From Eutreptiella sp. 'Long Island Sound 2002' (lineage: Eukaryota; Protista; Euglenida): a DNA stretch of 64,000 nt. The stretch covers positions 181,970,001 to 182,034,000 of the forward strand of contig OZ038378.1 of NCBI GenBank assembly GCA_964036045.1, read 5' to 3'. Position 1 is the first letter of the stretch. Each line of letters opens with the position of its first letter. The notes under the pieces were generated by a model, which worked only from the letters and a program-made list of their open reading frames with translations, was not told the origin of the DNA and searched no databases. A program made the translations under genes and the position numbers. This document shows, piece by piece, positions 10,749 through 24,285 of the stretch.

Positions 10749-12699
10749 TCCGGATTCTAGTTTTTTTCCAGCTTTTTCATGTTGGCTTGATCTTTTCCCA
10801 ACCCCTTTATTTTTTTATTTTTTTCTTGGGTGGGTTCTTGCACACCCATTTTGACCCCTCCCCCCCCTTCCTCCAAGCATCAAAACTACATCAGACATAT
10901 CACACATCTTGTTGTATACACTGCAAACACAGCATGCCACATCAGACATCAGACATCAGACTTTATACACAATCCTGGCCAATAAATGAGCGATACACAT
11001 TGATGTTGAAATCAGTTGTTCCAACTTATGTAGCGTGCTTTGTAGGGAAAGTTTGCGGTCCACTGTGGTCGACTTGGGGGGCTCCTCTAGGGGAGGGTAA
11101 ATCTGGGGTTAAAGTCGGGATAATTAATACAAAAGTAGCACGCCGGGCGTGGGCTTGGCAAGCACCCCCCCATAAGCAGCTCAGGGAAAATGAACAGCAC
11201 TTTTTGCTGCTGGGGCCCTACATGCCTGCACACTCTGCCCCTTGTCTCAGGTATGCCCCTGTCTGAGGTACGGTATGCATTGGCACCACACCAATTTAGT
11301 ACTTAGTTTATTTTGGTGCCGCATGGAATGGCACGGGATGATTTCAAGTCACATCGCATTGTTGACGGGCACATTGCACATTCATGATGTGCTGTGTTTT
11401 ATGGCACAGTTTGTGGCACTCAGAAAATCACTTTGAAGAGGGTTGTTAGATACGAGGGCCATATACCCCGTATTTTCAAGGGTACTCGCGTACCATACCC
11501 CAAGTAATGAAATTGGATGTTTAACCCCTTGTAATTTGGGGGGGCAAAATTCTCCCCAGGACATTTTCCGAGTTTGACCCCTACCCAAAATCGATAATTT
11601 GACCACACCTTTTTGATCCCGAAGAATGCCAGTCCATGGTCAACCAAGCAAAGCAATGGAGGATGGCTGATCTCACGTGGACATCTTGATAGGGCCGGCC
11701 AGGGGAAATCGGGTATGACTCTGTCTTTGGTGGAAGGTGCCTATGCGTCGACATGGGTGCATTCCCCTTGGGGGATTTTTTCCTGCCCAAATGTGCCGAC
11801 CTCCACTATTTCTGGTGCATTTTTGTCCATTGGGGGAAGTTTAGCGACCTCAGTGGATTGCACAAGTGATCAAGGTAGTGGTAGTGGTAGTGTGCCCGGG
11901 CGAGTACGGGCGCCGCATAACACTTTGATTAACCCTGTTACTGCCAGCTGCCGGCCTCGACCTTCCGGGACAGCGGCTGTGACCTCTGAAATTTCGGGGC
12001 AGGCACGGGCACAGACGGGCACGGACAGGCATGGTCGGAAACTCTGGGATTCACCGCACATGGAGCTCTAGTGCAGTGAAGTTGGGCGAAACGAAAAGTC
12101 AGACAAGTGATACCCTGCTGTACAGGAACACAGCACGCAGGCGTTCCTGATACCCATGGAGGTTTCTCGTGCATGGCAGGCATGGGGAGTATAGTAAAGT
12201 GCTGCAAAGGGGGCAGGGGGGTAGTAAGGCCCTCGGGGGTACTCGGACAGACAAATTAGATACCCATGGGATGCAGGATGTGGGACAGGACACGCTGTAC
12301 CTGGAGGGAGGAGGAGGAGGATGGGCGTGGCCCTACTGCATAACCCGAGAAAATTGAGGATTCGTTGTGGTGCTTGGCTCGATGTCTCCAGAGGGGCATT
12401 CGACTGGGTTCCGTTGGGGCCGCAAAGCCAATGGGGACCACCATGGCACGAAGCACTGACTCAGAGAGGGAGAGCAAAAGGGGGGGGGGGGGGCTAGGGC
12501 CAGGGCCAATATGAACCAGTCTCGACCAAGACAGCAGGACTCTTTGGAAGTCTGGAAAAAACAGACACCATGTACAGACGACGGCTAGGTCCTTCTCGCT
12601 GTGAGGCAATCGCCATGACGATGGCGCCGGCACTGTGCCGCACAGCAGCTATGAGGTCACCGTAGGCGAACCCTGTGACACACAGCTGTTCCGACAGGG

Positions 12700-14722
12700 A
12701 GTCAAGGGCCGCCAACAGGGCACAGTGTAGTTGTGTGTAGACAACGGGACAGTCCTAGACATGGGCGAATTGGTTGCCCTCTGTAATACCACAGAATCTA
12801 CAGGGTGGGACGCTGAAACACATGTGGGGTAGCAGGGAGACTATGCACAGATAGGCGGCCACCATGTGTTGCTCTAACGTAACTGCATCTGAGAGGCAAG
12901 CAGTTTGCCATATCTCATGGTTGTACCCAGCTTTCCGAGTGTCAGGGAACAGTGGAGAGTGGGCACCTATGGCCAGGCCATGCACATACTCCAAAAAGCA
13001 AGCATATTGGAAAACAGGGCACTTTTGTACCACCAAACATGCGGATGGTCAGGGAGCAGGAGGATCGTGCAGGGGAAATCCCAGGGAGGGACAATCTCTG
13101 CCCCAAGACGCGAATGTGTGGGCTCTCCGTTGCCAACCATGTGCGATGCCCTAAGATGTAGTATCATGCTGTGTGGGTGTCCAGTACTCGTAGGCCTGTG
13201 TCAAAATGGGGAGTCCTAGGATGTGTTTGGCCATGCAGTCAACCTAGGGGTTCACTCAGACCCACCTCTGAAAGTCTTGCAAAAGGGCTGCTGAACTATC
13301 ACAAATTAGGTGTATAGCAGCGTGGGTGTGGGGAGGCTACCGTAACTGTGCCCTGTATGTTGATGTGTCCTCCCACTCTCTGGAGCTGGCTGTGGTTGCG
13401 CAGCTCAATGACAGTGTACTCCTTCTCGGCCAGATTGTTGAATGTGCAGTTGTGTTGGGCAGCCTTGTGGGCAGCCGGGACTTTGCGTTCTATGCCTTCA
13501 CGTGATCGTTCGACATATCGACGATCGTCACTGAAGATAAATTCACCAGGCAAGGCAACAAGACCACAGTGTTCAACCACCCACTCCGTTTCTCTTGTCT
13601 ATGCTGCGTGTGTGCGGAGGGTACCAAGGACAACATACCCCATTGCGGCAAAAGTGCATCCTTGGGAGAACCCCTCCTGAGTTCTCACGGGGGGGGGGGG
13701 GGTGCCCATGTGTTGTGAGGAGGCGCACATGCTGTTTACTGTAAAAGGTAGATGCCCAGGAGCCGAAGGCACTGTGTGGGGGAGAAGACGGGTGACTACG
13801 GGCAGATGAGTGCATATTGGGGTATCGAAGGCACCGCTTTCATCAGCGTCTACTATGTGTGCCTGCCCCCCTTGCACTACTACTTGCACCACGGTGACTG
13901 TTGCACGGGCACCATTGCACGTGATCAAGGGTATGTTCAATGGGTCACTCCGTGGGGTAAGATGGCCTTGTGCCAGTTTCGCAGATAATATACTTCTTGC
14001 CACATCTTTCCCAGACTCCCCATCCTGTAACATCGTCCGGTAGATTGGCACATAGCTACAATGGTTTTGGAAGATGAGGGTTTTGTGTGCCTGTGGGGAC
14101 AGATGCACCCATACTTGTCTCCAACCACCCCTTACTGCAATGAGTGTGTGTATTGTCAGGGGGTCGAATGTAGTCTGGACATTGTAGTTGCACCCCAGCT
14201 CCCTCAGGTCCCTGAAACAAGGTGCACCCTCATGTTGCCGTGCCAAGACTGCCCCTCATATTTGTCAGGTATATCCATGAGGGTGATGTGCAATTCCGAT
14301 GGCTGGTACACTGCACTGGGGGGACAGATACTGAGCCTCTCTGCTTGGTGCTAGGTGTCTATACGGCCAGGGTGTGACTGCTAGTTGGTTTGCAGAGCCG
14401 GCCACTCCTCCGTGGGGGGGGATGTTTGCTACCAATGAGCATCAGCACAAGGTGGCGGTACTGTACATTCATCATATGGCATTGTGACATTTTATTGGGC
14501 GTTGGCCGAACGAGTTGTTCAGACCACTGCCTGCCTGCTCCCTGTTCGTCCACAGTGGTTTACCGCGTGCTTGGTCTCATTCACACAGTGTGTGCGCATG
14601 TGCGTACGTGCATGCATGCGCGCGTGTGGGGTGTGTGGGGCAACCGGTATTCGCTCGCTGTGCGTGTGCATGTATATCCACGTCGGGGCCGACCTGTGCA
14701 TGGGGTGTGTGTGTGTGTGTGT

Positions 14723-14798
<76 letters not shown>

Positions 14799-15400
14799 GT
14801 GTGTGTGTGTGTGCATCTTTTCATACCTAATCAAAGGGGCGATGCCCGTTACCACATTGCTTTGTAGGGCAATCGTAGCATTCGCAGGACAGCTATGATC
14901 CTTGATTCCTCGAGTGGCATCTGCTGAGAGGTTTTCGCCAGCTTACCACGGCCTGGACCCCAAACAGAATAAACAAAAGCATACCTACTCAATGTTCGTA
15001 TGCCATTTTGTCCATTCGCCAAATCTGCTATATTTGCTCGCCCGTTGCATGCAGATTGTTTACATCGCCAACATGACCATGGCTGCCGTATTCCCAGACT
15101 GCCAGCTATTAGATGTACCTCTGCAAGGCGAGAAACGATACCACCCTGAGGTCTGTCCCAAAGCATGAGGCTGTAGAATGAGATAGTCATCATTTTTCTG
15201 CCCCACGTCGACGAAAACCACCCATGCATGCCCGCTTTCATTCTTTGCAAGTGCTCTTTCAATGCCACAGACATGATGGTGTGCAAAATGCAATGCCCCG
15301 CGACATTGCGAAACCAGCGCAGCATCCATTGTTCACGTGACCCCAAGGAAGCATTTGCACACAACCACCACAACTCTCATGCTCTTCCGTGACAAGGTTT
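12700..15400 (-). mobile_element. Decayed LINE ORF2 (RT region; endonuclease region uncertain), minus strand
   Basis: The minus-strand ORF 13599-14246 contains remnants of RT motifs (DESGAFDT, D..AFD-like; IAVRGGWRQVWVHLSP, GVRQGxPLSP-like) although the frame is scrambled. Fragmented ORFs continue on both sides. A (TG)n tract interrupts it at 14700-14812. Confidence 0.5.
14703..14812. repeat. (TG)n microsatellite
   Basis: Direct reading. Confidence 0.97.
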
Positions 15401-17087
15401 CCCCATGGTGATTACTATTTGGTCCAGACTCAACATGCTGCAGGCTTTGCATGAGATGTGGATGCTACAAAGGCAAGGTCAAACTAAAATGAACAGTTCC
15501 CCGAGTGGTGCTGGATTTTATCGCCCCCCCCTCCCCCCGTCCACCCCCCCCTACAGCAACCCGCGCCACCACCGGTACCGGTGGATCGGGTGGAGGTCTC
15601 GTCCGTTTTGCCCCAACCCCCAAAAAGTGACACGCAGGAACCACACACACCTGCAGCAGTGCGCGCCGCCACCTGTACTCGAACAGGTCGACAGGAGGTC
15701 CCGTCCGGTATTCGAAGGGATCGGTGGGAGACCACCGATCCCGGGACTCGAACCACCTCCCTCACGGCAAACGCCGGGTGCGCTGCCACTTGAGCGGCCG
15801 TCTTCTGAGAAGTGCTGGAACTTGGCACAGGGAAAAACCGCACACGCAAACACACACACCACACATGCAGGCGCCTCGGCGCCGCCCAGCCTTCCCACCC
15901 TCTGTATGGCTGTATGTTGACCTCCAAAAAGCCAGTACCCACTGGGGTTTTTAAATCCTAAGGACCTAAATAGCCCAGGGCCGGTGGCAGTGGCCCACAA
16001 GGGTGACCTCTGACCGCCCCACCCCCCACGACCAGGTGACCCGGAAACACAGGTGTGTGGCCGAGAGGGGCCAGCGCAAGCGAGCATGCCAGTGCGACGG
16101 TGGGAGCCAAAGTGGGACACAACAAACGCTACGCCCCAAACTCAGTCCGAAGGCGACAATGCCCTGAACCCTGTAGAAGCAGCCCGACTCTTACCCCATC
16201 CAGGGACGAGGGACGGGACGAACTGCAAAGCACTGTCTGCGTGACACGGAAAATCATGGAACTGAGATGGCGATGAAGGTCGTGAGGCAGGCGCGGCTGG
16301 AGCTAAGTGGCGGGTCCACACCTGACCAATTGAGGCCCCCCGTCCAAAAGGCGCATCGCCTTGCTGACATGTGAACTGTGAAGGCCATCGTTGAACTTAC
16401 TGCCAAGAGACGCACTTCTCCAGTAGGTGTGCATACTGTATTGATTTAGGACCTAAGGTTGATTCACTGATTGACTGAGAAGCCAACGGGTTGGGTTTGG
16501 AGTGCACGGTTTACAGTTAGACTGCAAATGCCAACTGCCATTTGCACTTTGGAGGGTGATTGGTTTGTGATGGCCGCTCTCGTGACGAAGGGATGATAAA
16601 GAAGGCCAAGCATGGCCAATCACCTCATGTTGCCCCCCCCCCCCACCCCACCCCCCAGCGTGCGTGTGTCAGATACGATTCAGGGCAAGGTTGTTCAAGG
16701 TACAGGAGACCGTGTTAATTTGGGACTTAGGCGTCTCCTGCACAATGGGGGAGGGGGTACAAAAGACCCCGTATTCCGTCTATTTGCATTTTTGACGCCT
16801 TGTAAATTTTTCCCAGCTGTCCTGCAGACTGTAACCCTCAGATTTGGATGCGTACCCCGCTTGGAATCAAAAGGACGAGCAGCGCCATGCCTTGGTCTTG
16901 CGTTGCGAACGTGCTCGGCTTCAGCTCTTGTGTCGCTGCCTGCCTGTCCCTACCCGTCCATCGGTTCCACGTGCTGCGGGTATTGAGTCGCGAAGGGATG
17001 TGGGAGATGGATTTCACAAAATGGGGCGTTTTCGGTGCAGATCCCATCACCGTTTGGTGCCCTTTCCATCCTCATCGCTTTTCAGGG

Positions 17088-18111
17088 CACCCTCTTTGAG
17101 GCTCTCTTTGAAACGGCCAGTTCACAGAACGGTAGTTCTACAGTGACAGCTCGGTGGATGCAGTGGGTCGATGCCAATGACCTGAGACTGGGACTGAGGG
17201 ATGCAGTTCAGCAGCTGCTTGCAGCCAATGACCACTCCAACCCTGAACCCACTAGCACTGCTGACCCTCAGCCTGACGTGCACACAACATCCAATGCCCA
17301 GCACAGCGCGAAACCTGCTTCCGATGTTGGCCTATGCTCCATCTTTGCCGCCAACGCTGATTCTCATGTTGGCAATCGAAGCCTCCACGTTGCTTTACCA
17401 CATGGTGCTATCATTGATCCCCACAACGAGTCCACAAATGGCAAGCACCATGCCAATGTCGATGTGGATCAGAGAGATGAACCCAGTCCCAAAACCAGCC
17501 CTACTTCCCGCCCCACTCTTTGTTCCAATGCTGCGACCTCCTGTCCAACGCCGAGCCCCACGCCCTGCTCCGTCCCGAGCACAGCGCATACCGCCTTTGC
17601 CCGCTCCGAAGTCTTTTGCCAGAACAGTCAACCAGCATCTGAGCCTCACTCTGACCACCTCAGCCCCACTGTGCGCTCCCTGCCTGGCCCTGGGCCTATC
17701 CTTGCTCGTTGCTCTGACCTTGACCAAAGCCCCAGCACATGTTGCTACGACGAACCTGACCCGCCTCATGAATCTGAAAAGTCTCATGAGACCCTCCTTG
17801 ACCTCCACCAGCATTGCAACTCTCATCCTGAACCGCACCCTGACTCTACCCTGGGCCATAGCCTTCCACATGAATCCGATAGCGAGCCCAGCCCAGACAC
17901 TGCGGATGCCTTCGACACCAGACCGCATGTTACCACAAGCCCAAAGTTATCCACTGCTTCAGCTATGTCGCGAACAGACAATCTACGGACCCAGTACCAG
18001 CAGGGGGGGAGCATGCCTGTTTCGGGCCGGTCTCTCGAGCAAGTGACCCAGGCAGTAGATGGCATTTGGGCCCTTCTAAACAAGACGCCGGCTAGCCATG
18101 TAGGGAACTAG
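17088..18111 (+). other. Uncharacterised open frame with a Ser/Pro/His/Asp-rich low-complexity core
   Basis: Part of the 358-codon ORF 17035-18111. A ttttcag acceptor-like site lies at 17081-17087. Short ordered segments flank a degenerate hexamer-repeat core. Coding status unproven. Confidence 0.3.
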
Positions 18112-18899
18112 GGTTGAATCAGGTCTCCCTTCTTCCCTTCTTGGCCTCCCCCTCTTCTGTTCCCTGGGGCTGAGTTGTGGATCAGGACATTGGAGCACTT
18201 TCGTCTACAACAAGACCGCACGGACATGTGGATGCAAAGATGCAAGTGCTGTTAACCATCACGTTCTCGTGTGCTCCTTCTTCATCCCTCTGTTGGTATC
18301 ATATTTGGTTTTCCGGTGAGAGGCATGGAACCAGGAGACCTTGCCTTTGTTGTGCTCATCTTGTGCATGCTTTTATGTGCCAGTTTCTACAACTACGCTC
18401 TGGTTGTTGGCCCATCCCGCAAATGTTTTGGGGATGCCAAAGTCATGGGCCGTGACGCTCTGTATTTGCACGCTTTTCTCTTCCCCTGCGTTCCTTGCCC
18501 CTGCTCCCGAGGCTAATGCATCCACATCACCTTTTGTGCAATGCCAATCCGGGGAACCCACACAAATGCGTGCAAAAACTTGCCCACGAGGGGGACGTCT
18601 CATCAGTTCTGGTACGTCACCCCCCCCCCTTCCTTGCCCTCCGGGCCCACTTCGTTGCCAAGGGTCAATAGCTGCCGGCCATACATATGGTGGCGCCGAA
18701 GGCGCCCGAAAACATTTTTTCATTCCCCTTGCCAACGTGGCACCCCTTCCTGCCCAGGCGCTGGAGCGTGGATGGGAGGCGGCCCCCTGCGCACGTGGCA
18801 CCCCTCCCTGCCCAGGTTAGGGTTAGGGTCACCGAGCTGGTGGAACCAGTCTTGGTTTTATGATCCTCTTTAGTGTCTAGGGTGGACCTAACAGGTTTG

Positions 18900-18931
<32 letters not shown>

Positions 18932-19100
18932 CGCAAAATGGGGGAAAAGCACAGCTCCGTCGTGGTGCTTCACATTTGGCCAAAATTTTGGTGGATGGTA
19001 CCTAAGAGTGTGAGGGACAACCACACAAAGTATGAGCCAGAAATTTAACGGTGGCGGCCGGGAATGCGCGTCGCAAGTATCAGACCTCCATTTCAAAATC

Positions 19101-19794
19101 TGCAATTTAGGGCCAAAATCAGCTTCTTTTTTTTTTTTTGCTAAAAACTGCCCTAGAACCTGCTAAAAACGGCCAAAAGAAGGGGACTAGTGGCTACTCT
19201 ACATATGCAGCTAGACTTGCCCGTCCCGAAGGGCCCCCTAGGGCCCTCTAACTCCACAATATGTCCGCGAACCGCCCCCAAAAAGGCCCCCAAAAGCCCC
19301 AGAACTTGTGCACAAAAGTGGGTGGTTGCGGGTGGATTAGGTGCGCTCGGAATCGCGTTTTGAGCCACGTAGCCCAAGATATGGTCTGTTTTTGGTTTCG
19401 GGCTGTTGACGGCCAATGTGCACAAATTCTGGGGCTTTTGGGGGGCTTTTGGGGGCGGTGCGCGGACATATTGTGGAGTTAGAGGGCCTGCAATTTAGTG
19501 CCAAAATCAGCCTTTTTTCCCCAAAACCGCCCTAGAACTTGCTGAAAACGGCCAAATGAAGGGAAATAGTGGCTACTCTACACATTCAGCTAGGCTTGCC
19601 CATGCCGAAGGGCCCTCTAGGGCCCTCTAACTCCACAATATGTCCGCGAACCGCCCCCAAAAGGCCCCCAAAAGCCCCAGAATTTGTGCACATTGGCCTT
19701 GACGGCCCCAAACCAAAAACAGACCATATCTTGGGCTACGTGGCTCAAAATGCGATTTCGAGCGCACCTAATCCACCCGCAACCACCCACTTTT
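19101..19794. repeat. Tandem ~388-bp unit containing a 73-bp inverted-repeat pair around a 102-bp core
   Basis: Unit 1 is 19101-19488 with IR arms 19242-19314 and 19417-19488. Unit 2 is 19489-19794, where the core (19693-19794) is reverse-complemented relative to unit 1. Confidence 0.88.
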
Positions 19795-19879
19795 GGTGGT
19801 TTCCACCCCTCAAAATTGCCCTAACCGACGCCTAGACCCCCATACCTAGGCCCAGTGGGCTGCGGTAAGCTGCACAAGG

Positions 19880-20665
19880 TAGCCCAAAGAGGTGGGTGCC
19901 AAAATGGGTCAACAAGGTCCACGGGTGCGAAAAAAAGACTTGTTTCAAAAATGATCCTGGACCGCACGGAATGCCAAAACAAGTGTTTTTGGCGCGTTTT
20001 GAGCTCGTGGTGGCCCATTTTGGCCCTCCCAAATCCCAAAATGCCTTGAAAATGGGCTCTTTTGGGACAAAAAATGGGTCAAAAATGGGTCAAAAATGTG
20101 TTTTTTCCAAAAATGATCCTCAGACCATTGGGGGTGCCTAAACAAGTAAAATGAGCCCATTTTGAGCCCATTGCAAGCCATTTTGGCCCCTCCAAAGGTA
20201 CAAAATGTCTTGAAAATGGGTTGTTTTGCGACCAAAAATGGGTCGAAAATGGGTCAAAAATGTGTTTTTCCAAAAATGATTCTAAGACCATTTGGGCTGC
20301 ACAAAGCAGTGAAATGGCCCCCTTTTGAGCCTATTTCAAGCCATTTGGGCCACTCCAAAGTCACAAAATGCCTTGGCCTAGGCCTAGGCTGTTTTGGGAC
20401 CAAAAAGCAGTAAAAAATGGATCACAAATTTGTTTTTCCAAAGATACTTTTGGACTATTGGGGGTGCATAAACAAGTGGAATGGTCCCATTTTGAGCCCA
20501 TGTTGAGCAATTTTTGCCCCTCTCAAGGCCGAAAGGGCCTTGAAAATGGGCCAATTTGGGACCACAAATGGCTCAAAAACGGGTCAAAACCATGGTTTTC
20601 CAAAAATGATCCTAGTCCAGTGGTGGTGCCCAAACGGACGAATACAACTCATTTTGAGCCCCTTC
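19880..20665. repeat. ~163-bp tandem satellite (caaaaatgggtcaaaaa...ttttccaaaaatgatcc), about 5 copies
   Basis: The anchor aaaatgat or its variant recurs near 19951, 20113, 20276, 20441 and 20606. Confidence 0.88.
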
Positions 20666-21474
20666 TTCAACTGAAAGACTCCGGATATCACAGCCATTGC
20701 ACAGCTTTGGGGCAGAACACAGCCCGCGTCATGCATGTGGCGAAATAAGTAACCCCCTCCGCCTCTGTTTGGTAGGATCCAGGACGACGGTGGGACTGGT
20801 GCTTGAGCCTGTGCGAGCACGTTTGATGAACGTTCGGCAGAGAAGGTCGTGGTCGGCAGGTGCAGCTGCAGCCAAGTAGGTTTAGCACACCAGTACACAA
20901 GGTGGGTTCAGAACCAACCAGCCTTTGCGGAGCACCCCCGCCTCCGCATTTGTGTGAAGCAACGCTGGCATGGGGGCAGTGCTGCCCACCATTCGCCTGG
21001 ATTGCAGCAGTAGCGAAGCGGGCGGGTGGAACTAGCCTCTCTCCGGTAGTGGTAGCGGTTGGGAACGCGGTGAGAGAGGGTGGGCAAACTGTGCAGAGCG
21101 GTGAGTGGGAGTTGCAAATTCCGCTAGTCTGTTAGACGGGGAAAGCGTGGTCCCTCACCAGTGGCTGTTACCCTCCAACCACCACCCAATACCCTCCAAC
21201 CGCCGTTGGTACCCCCAACCGCTGTTGGTTACCCTCCAACCGCCCTCCGCCACTCTCCAACTGCCGTCGGTTGCCGTCCAACCGCCGTCGGTTTTCCTCC
21301 CAGCACTGCCGGTTGCTCTGCAACCGCCGTCTAATCGTGCGCCTAAATAGTGAGCCGGCCACTGGAAGGTCCGAATTTGTTTTCCAGTTACCAAACGTCC
21401 TGATGTTCGCATCCTCCTGTGGCTTCCCAATGCACAGCGCTTTGTTTCGTGTGTGGCTACCTGAGCCCCGCAGC

Positions 21475-21879
21475 ATGAGCACCATCCAAAATTTAAAGCA
21501 CACGTTGCACATGTTGGAGGTGGAGGAGTATCAGTTAAACGAGCTCACGGAGCAGCGCAAGAAGCAGGCGGAGATCGAGCGGCAGATCGAAGCGATGGCA
21601 GGGGAGTTCGAGGAGCGGGCGCGGCAAATCCAACGACAGCGGGACGACCTGGTGCTGCAAAACCGGTTGAGCCGGGAAGAGCGGGACCGGGAGATCGCGG
21701 AGGAGGAGGCCCAGCTGCAGGCGCACTATGCGGCGATCGAGGCCCGCGTGAAGGACGAGGAGTACGCGCAGCGTGCGGCGGCGCAGAAGAAGCGGCAGGC
21801 GGACGAGCAGCGGGCGCAGTGGCTGGAGGAGGAGCTGGAGCGCAGAAAGGGGTGTAGCGATGTGGAAGTGGCAGAGAAG
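21475..21879 (+). CDS. Coiled-coil protein, exon 1 of 2 (180 aa total)
   Basis: GC3-rich E/Q/R/A heptad-like frame MSTIQNLKHTLHMLEVEEYQLNEL...VAEK with a donor aag|gtgtct at 21879/21880 (phase 0). The ATG is preceded by ccccgcag, so an upstream exon cannot be excluded. Confidence 0.72.
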
Positions 21880-22864
21880 GTGTCTGTCCTCCTTTGTGAT
21901 GCGAACCCAGTGACGCCCCCGCCCCTCACTGACCCACTGACCAGTCTTGTACCTGCGAAAGCCCGGATCGGAGCGAGATGCAAAGAACTGCCGAACATTG
22001 CTGCATATGCATAAGATAGGGCCAGGGTTTTTCGGACCACCAAGTGTTGCTCATCAGTCGCGCGCTGCATTTCGGAGAGGTTGGGGGCAGGGGTGGGGAG
22101 CAACTTGCAGCGCGCGCCGTTTAGACTATGTCACGGGGTACGGGCTCCCATGCCCCCGTTTGTGTCGGCCCCGGAAGATGGTGTTCGCGGCCAACTCCCG
22201 TTCCAAACTCTTAGTGGATGGTGTGTATGTCCAATGCGTTGACAGGTTGCTCCTTTGGCCGCCCTGGTTATGGAGCGCCACGGGGCTCTGTTGACACTGC
22301 ATACGTATGAACGCCTTCATGGGCCGAAGTTGGAATGTATTACTAGCACTTGGGTCCAAGCCACCTACAAAGGGTAAGGGTACTTACTACCTTGCCCCTC
22401 TTCCGGCAAGTCGGATGACATGGCGGACAATCCACATGAGAAGTTGATGAATGTGAAAGGCGCGTTGCCAACCAAGCTTAGGGGGGAGCGTTAGCACGCC
22501 GGGCGCGCGCCGGGCATCTTTTTATGACCATCTCCCACCCGTGCCTGCTTTTGACCACACCTCACCAAACAATTTGGAGTACCTTCTCGCTGTGTCTAAA
22601 AATTTGGCCCATCCTTTGCACCCAGTTTATGACGATGGAAAGGGTGGTGGTTGGAAGTGGTGGGAGTGACTTTTTGTGGAGTTGAATTCTCATATTTCGG
22701 CTTATACAAGGTGCCTTGCAGGGAAGGTTTGCGGTCTTGTGCGGTCTACTTGGGGGATTTCCTCGGGTGAAGACAAACTTGGGGCTAGAGATAAGATACG
22801 TAATACAAAGGTAGCGCGCCGGGCATGCGCCGAGCGCGCGCCGGGTAAACATTCCCCCTAGGGG

Positions 22865-24285
22865 CTCTAACACCCCTGCATTCAATTTCGCCGCCATTAC
22901 CCAATTACTTGAGACAGCATGCATCGGGTGTGGGAGTTGGCGCTCCCTAAATACACCAAAACCGAGACTGTGGATGCTGCTTGCTGTTGGCCAAAGACAC
23001 CTGGGGTTACGTAGATCAGTGGATGGTACCAATTGGAGTATTTGGGCACCACCCAATGCCCGCATCAGCTCAAATTGGGGCCAAGATACCCGGCGGAGCC
23101 TGGGGACCGTGCTTTGGTTGTGGTCTTTTGGCTTTTGGCCACTTGTCTTGTATCTTTGGATTACCGTATCCGAGGAGCTTTTACGTGGCTGTCATTTTTG
23201 AAACTTGCACGGCTTGTTCTCGGGGCCCATGTCCATGCCCTTACATTGTACATGAGGCAGATTCTTGCAAGTCAGCAGTCAAACGTTATATACAGCACTT
23301 AGAAAGGGGAGGACTTGTGAAGTGAAGTGGCCAGCCCTCCTCCCTACGCTAGGATGCTCAACTGGTGCCTCGTAAGGATCTCACCCCATTGCCGCACATC
23401 CTGTACGGCTTGCACCCTACTGCAGCATCTACTGGGGTGTTGGCCCACCTGCACCCTACTAGACCAGTGCCGGTTGGGCCACACACAAGGAGCGCTGCCG
23501 ACCTACGGTGCCTCAGCACTGCCCTATGGATTGTGCGGAAATGCATGAAGTGCTCGCGAGCATCTAGGTCCTTGGATATGTGGTCTTCAATCTCCTCCTA
23601 TACAGGCAGGTGCTCAAATATGGAGCAATGTCTGGGCGCCTGCTACGCATATCCCTACTCCCCTTAGAGGCCTATCAATCACAACACATCAAGCGACAAG
23701 GACTCGATGGGGGCAATGTGTACCCGAGTTGGGGGGGGGGGGGGGGTTGCTGTAACTTTCGTTCCGGCAGGCGGGTCCCTGGACCCCCACCTCCCGTACC
23801 CCTTCCACTCTGAGTCAGCTGACAACCTGGGTTTTCGGAACATTCTCGGTGACCGGACAAAATTGGCTCCGCGCCTTTAGTGCATGCCAAAGAGTGTTCA
23901 GTTGTTGTTCCATGTCTACCCTATGTTCATTGTCTTACAGAGCGCTCGTAGGGTGATTATATGGTTGGGTGTCGGGGGAATTTCGGGGCACGTAGAGCTC
24001 TGGTGGGTGTAGACGCGACAAGCAACGGAACTCCCTAGGGTGCTAGGGGCCTTAGACATTGCAAGTGTACATCACTGCAGAACTGTGGACAACATCGGAG
24101 CCCAGCACAACCAGCTCGGGGTATGGCACATTCACATGCGTGTACTCAACACCGTATTCTGGCAGATTGAGATGGGTGTATCCATCACTTTGTACTATGT
24201 GGATTCACCACTGAACCCAGCGGATCCGTTGAGTAGAGCTTTGTATGAAATACCCATCTGTGAGGTGATGCTGGAACATGCATAG
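22865..24285 (+). mobile_element. Decayed DIRS/tyrosine-recombinase-class retroelement RT-RNase H region
   Basis: Broken frames give QLVPRKDLTPLPHIL (VPKKDGxxRxIxD-like, ~23355), ALPYGLCGNA (LPFGLxxxP-like, ~23515) and YVDSPLNPADPLSR (~24195-24237; DIRS-type RNase H end). A G/C-run repeat is inserted at ~23729-23860. No recombinase domain was recognised. Confidence 0.55.

Noticed and set aside
9546-11266. GTYGDLWGPM-repeat proteins
   Set aside because: Translations of the 10-bp ggggacctat satellite; a period not divisible by 3 argues against coding.
14390-14898. Cys/Val- or His/Thr-rich ORFs (also near 3855-4416, 6987-7519, 27955-28561)
   Set aside because: Translations of (TG)n/(CA)n microsatellites.
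18816-18830. Telomeric TTAGGG repeat
   Set aside because: Only two units, inside an interspersed repeat.
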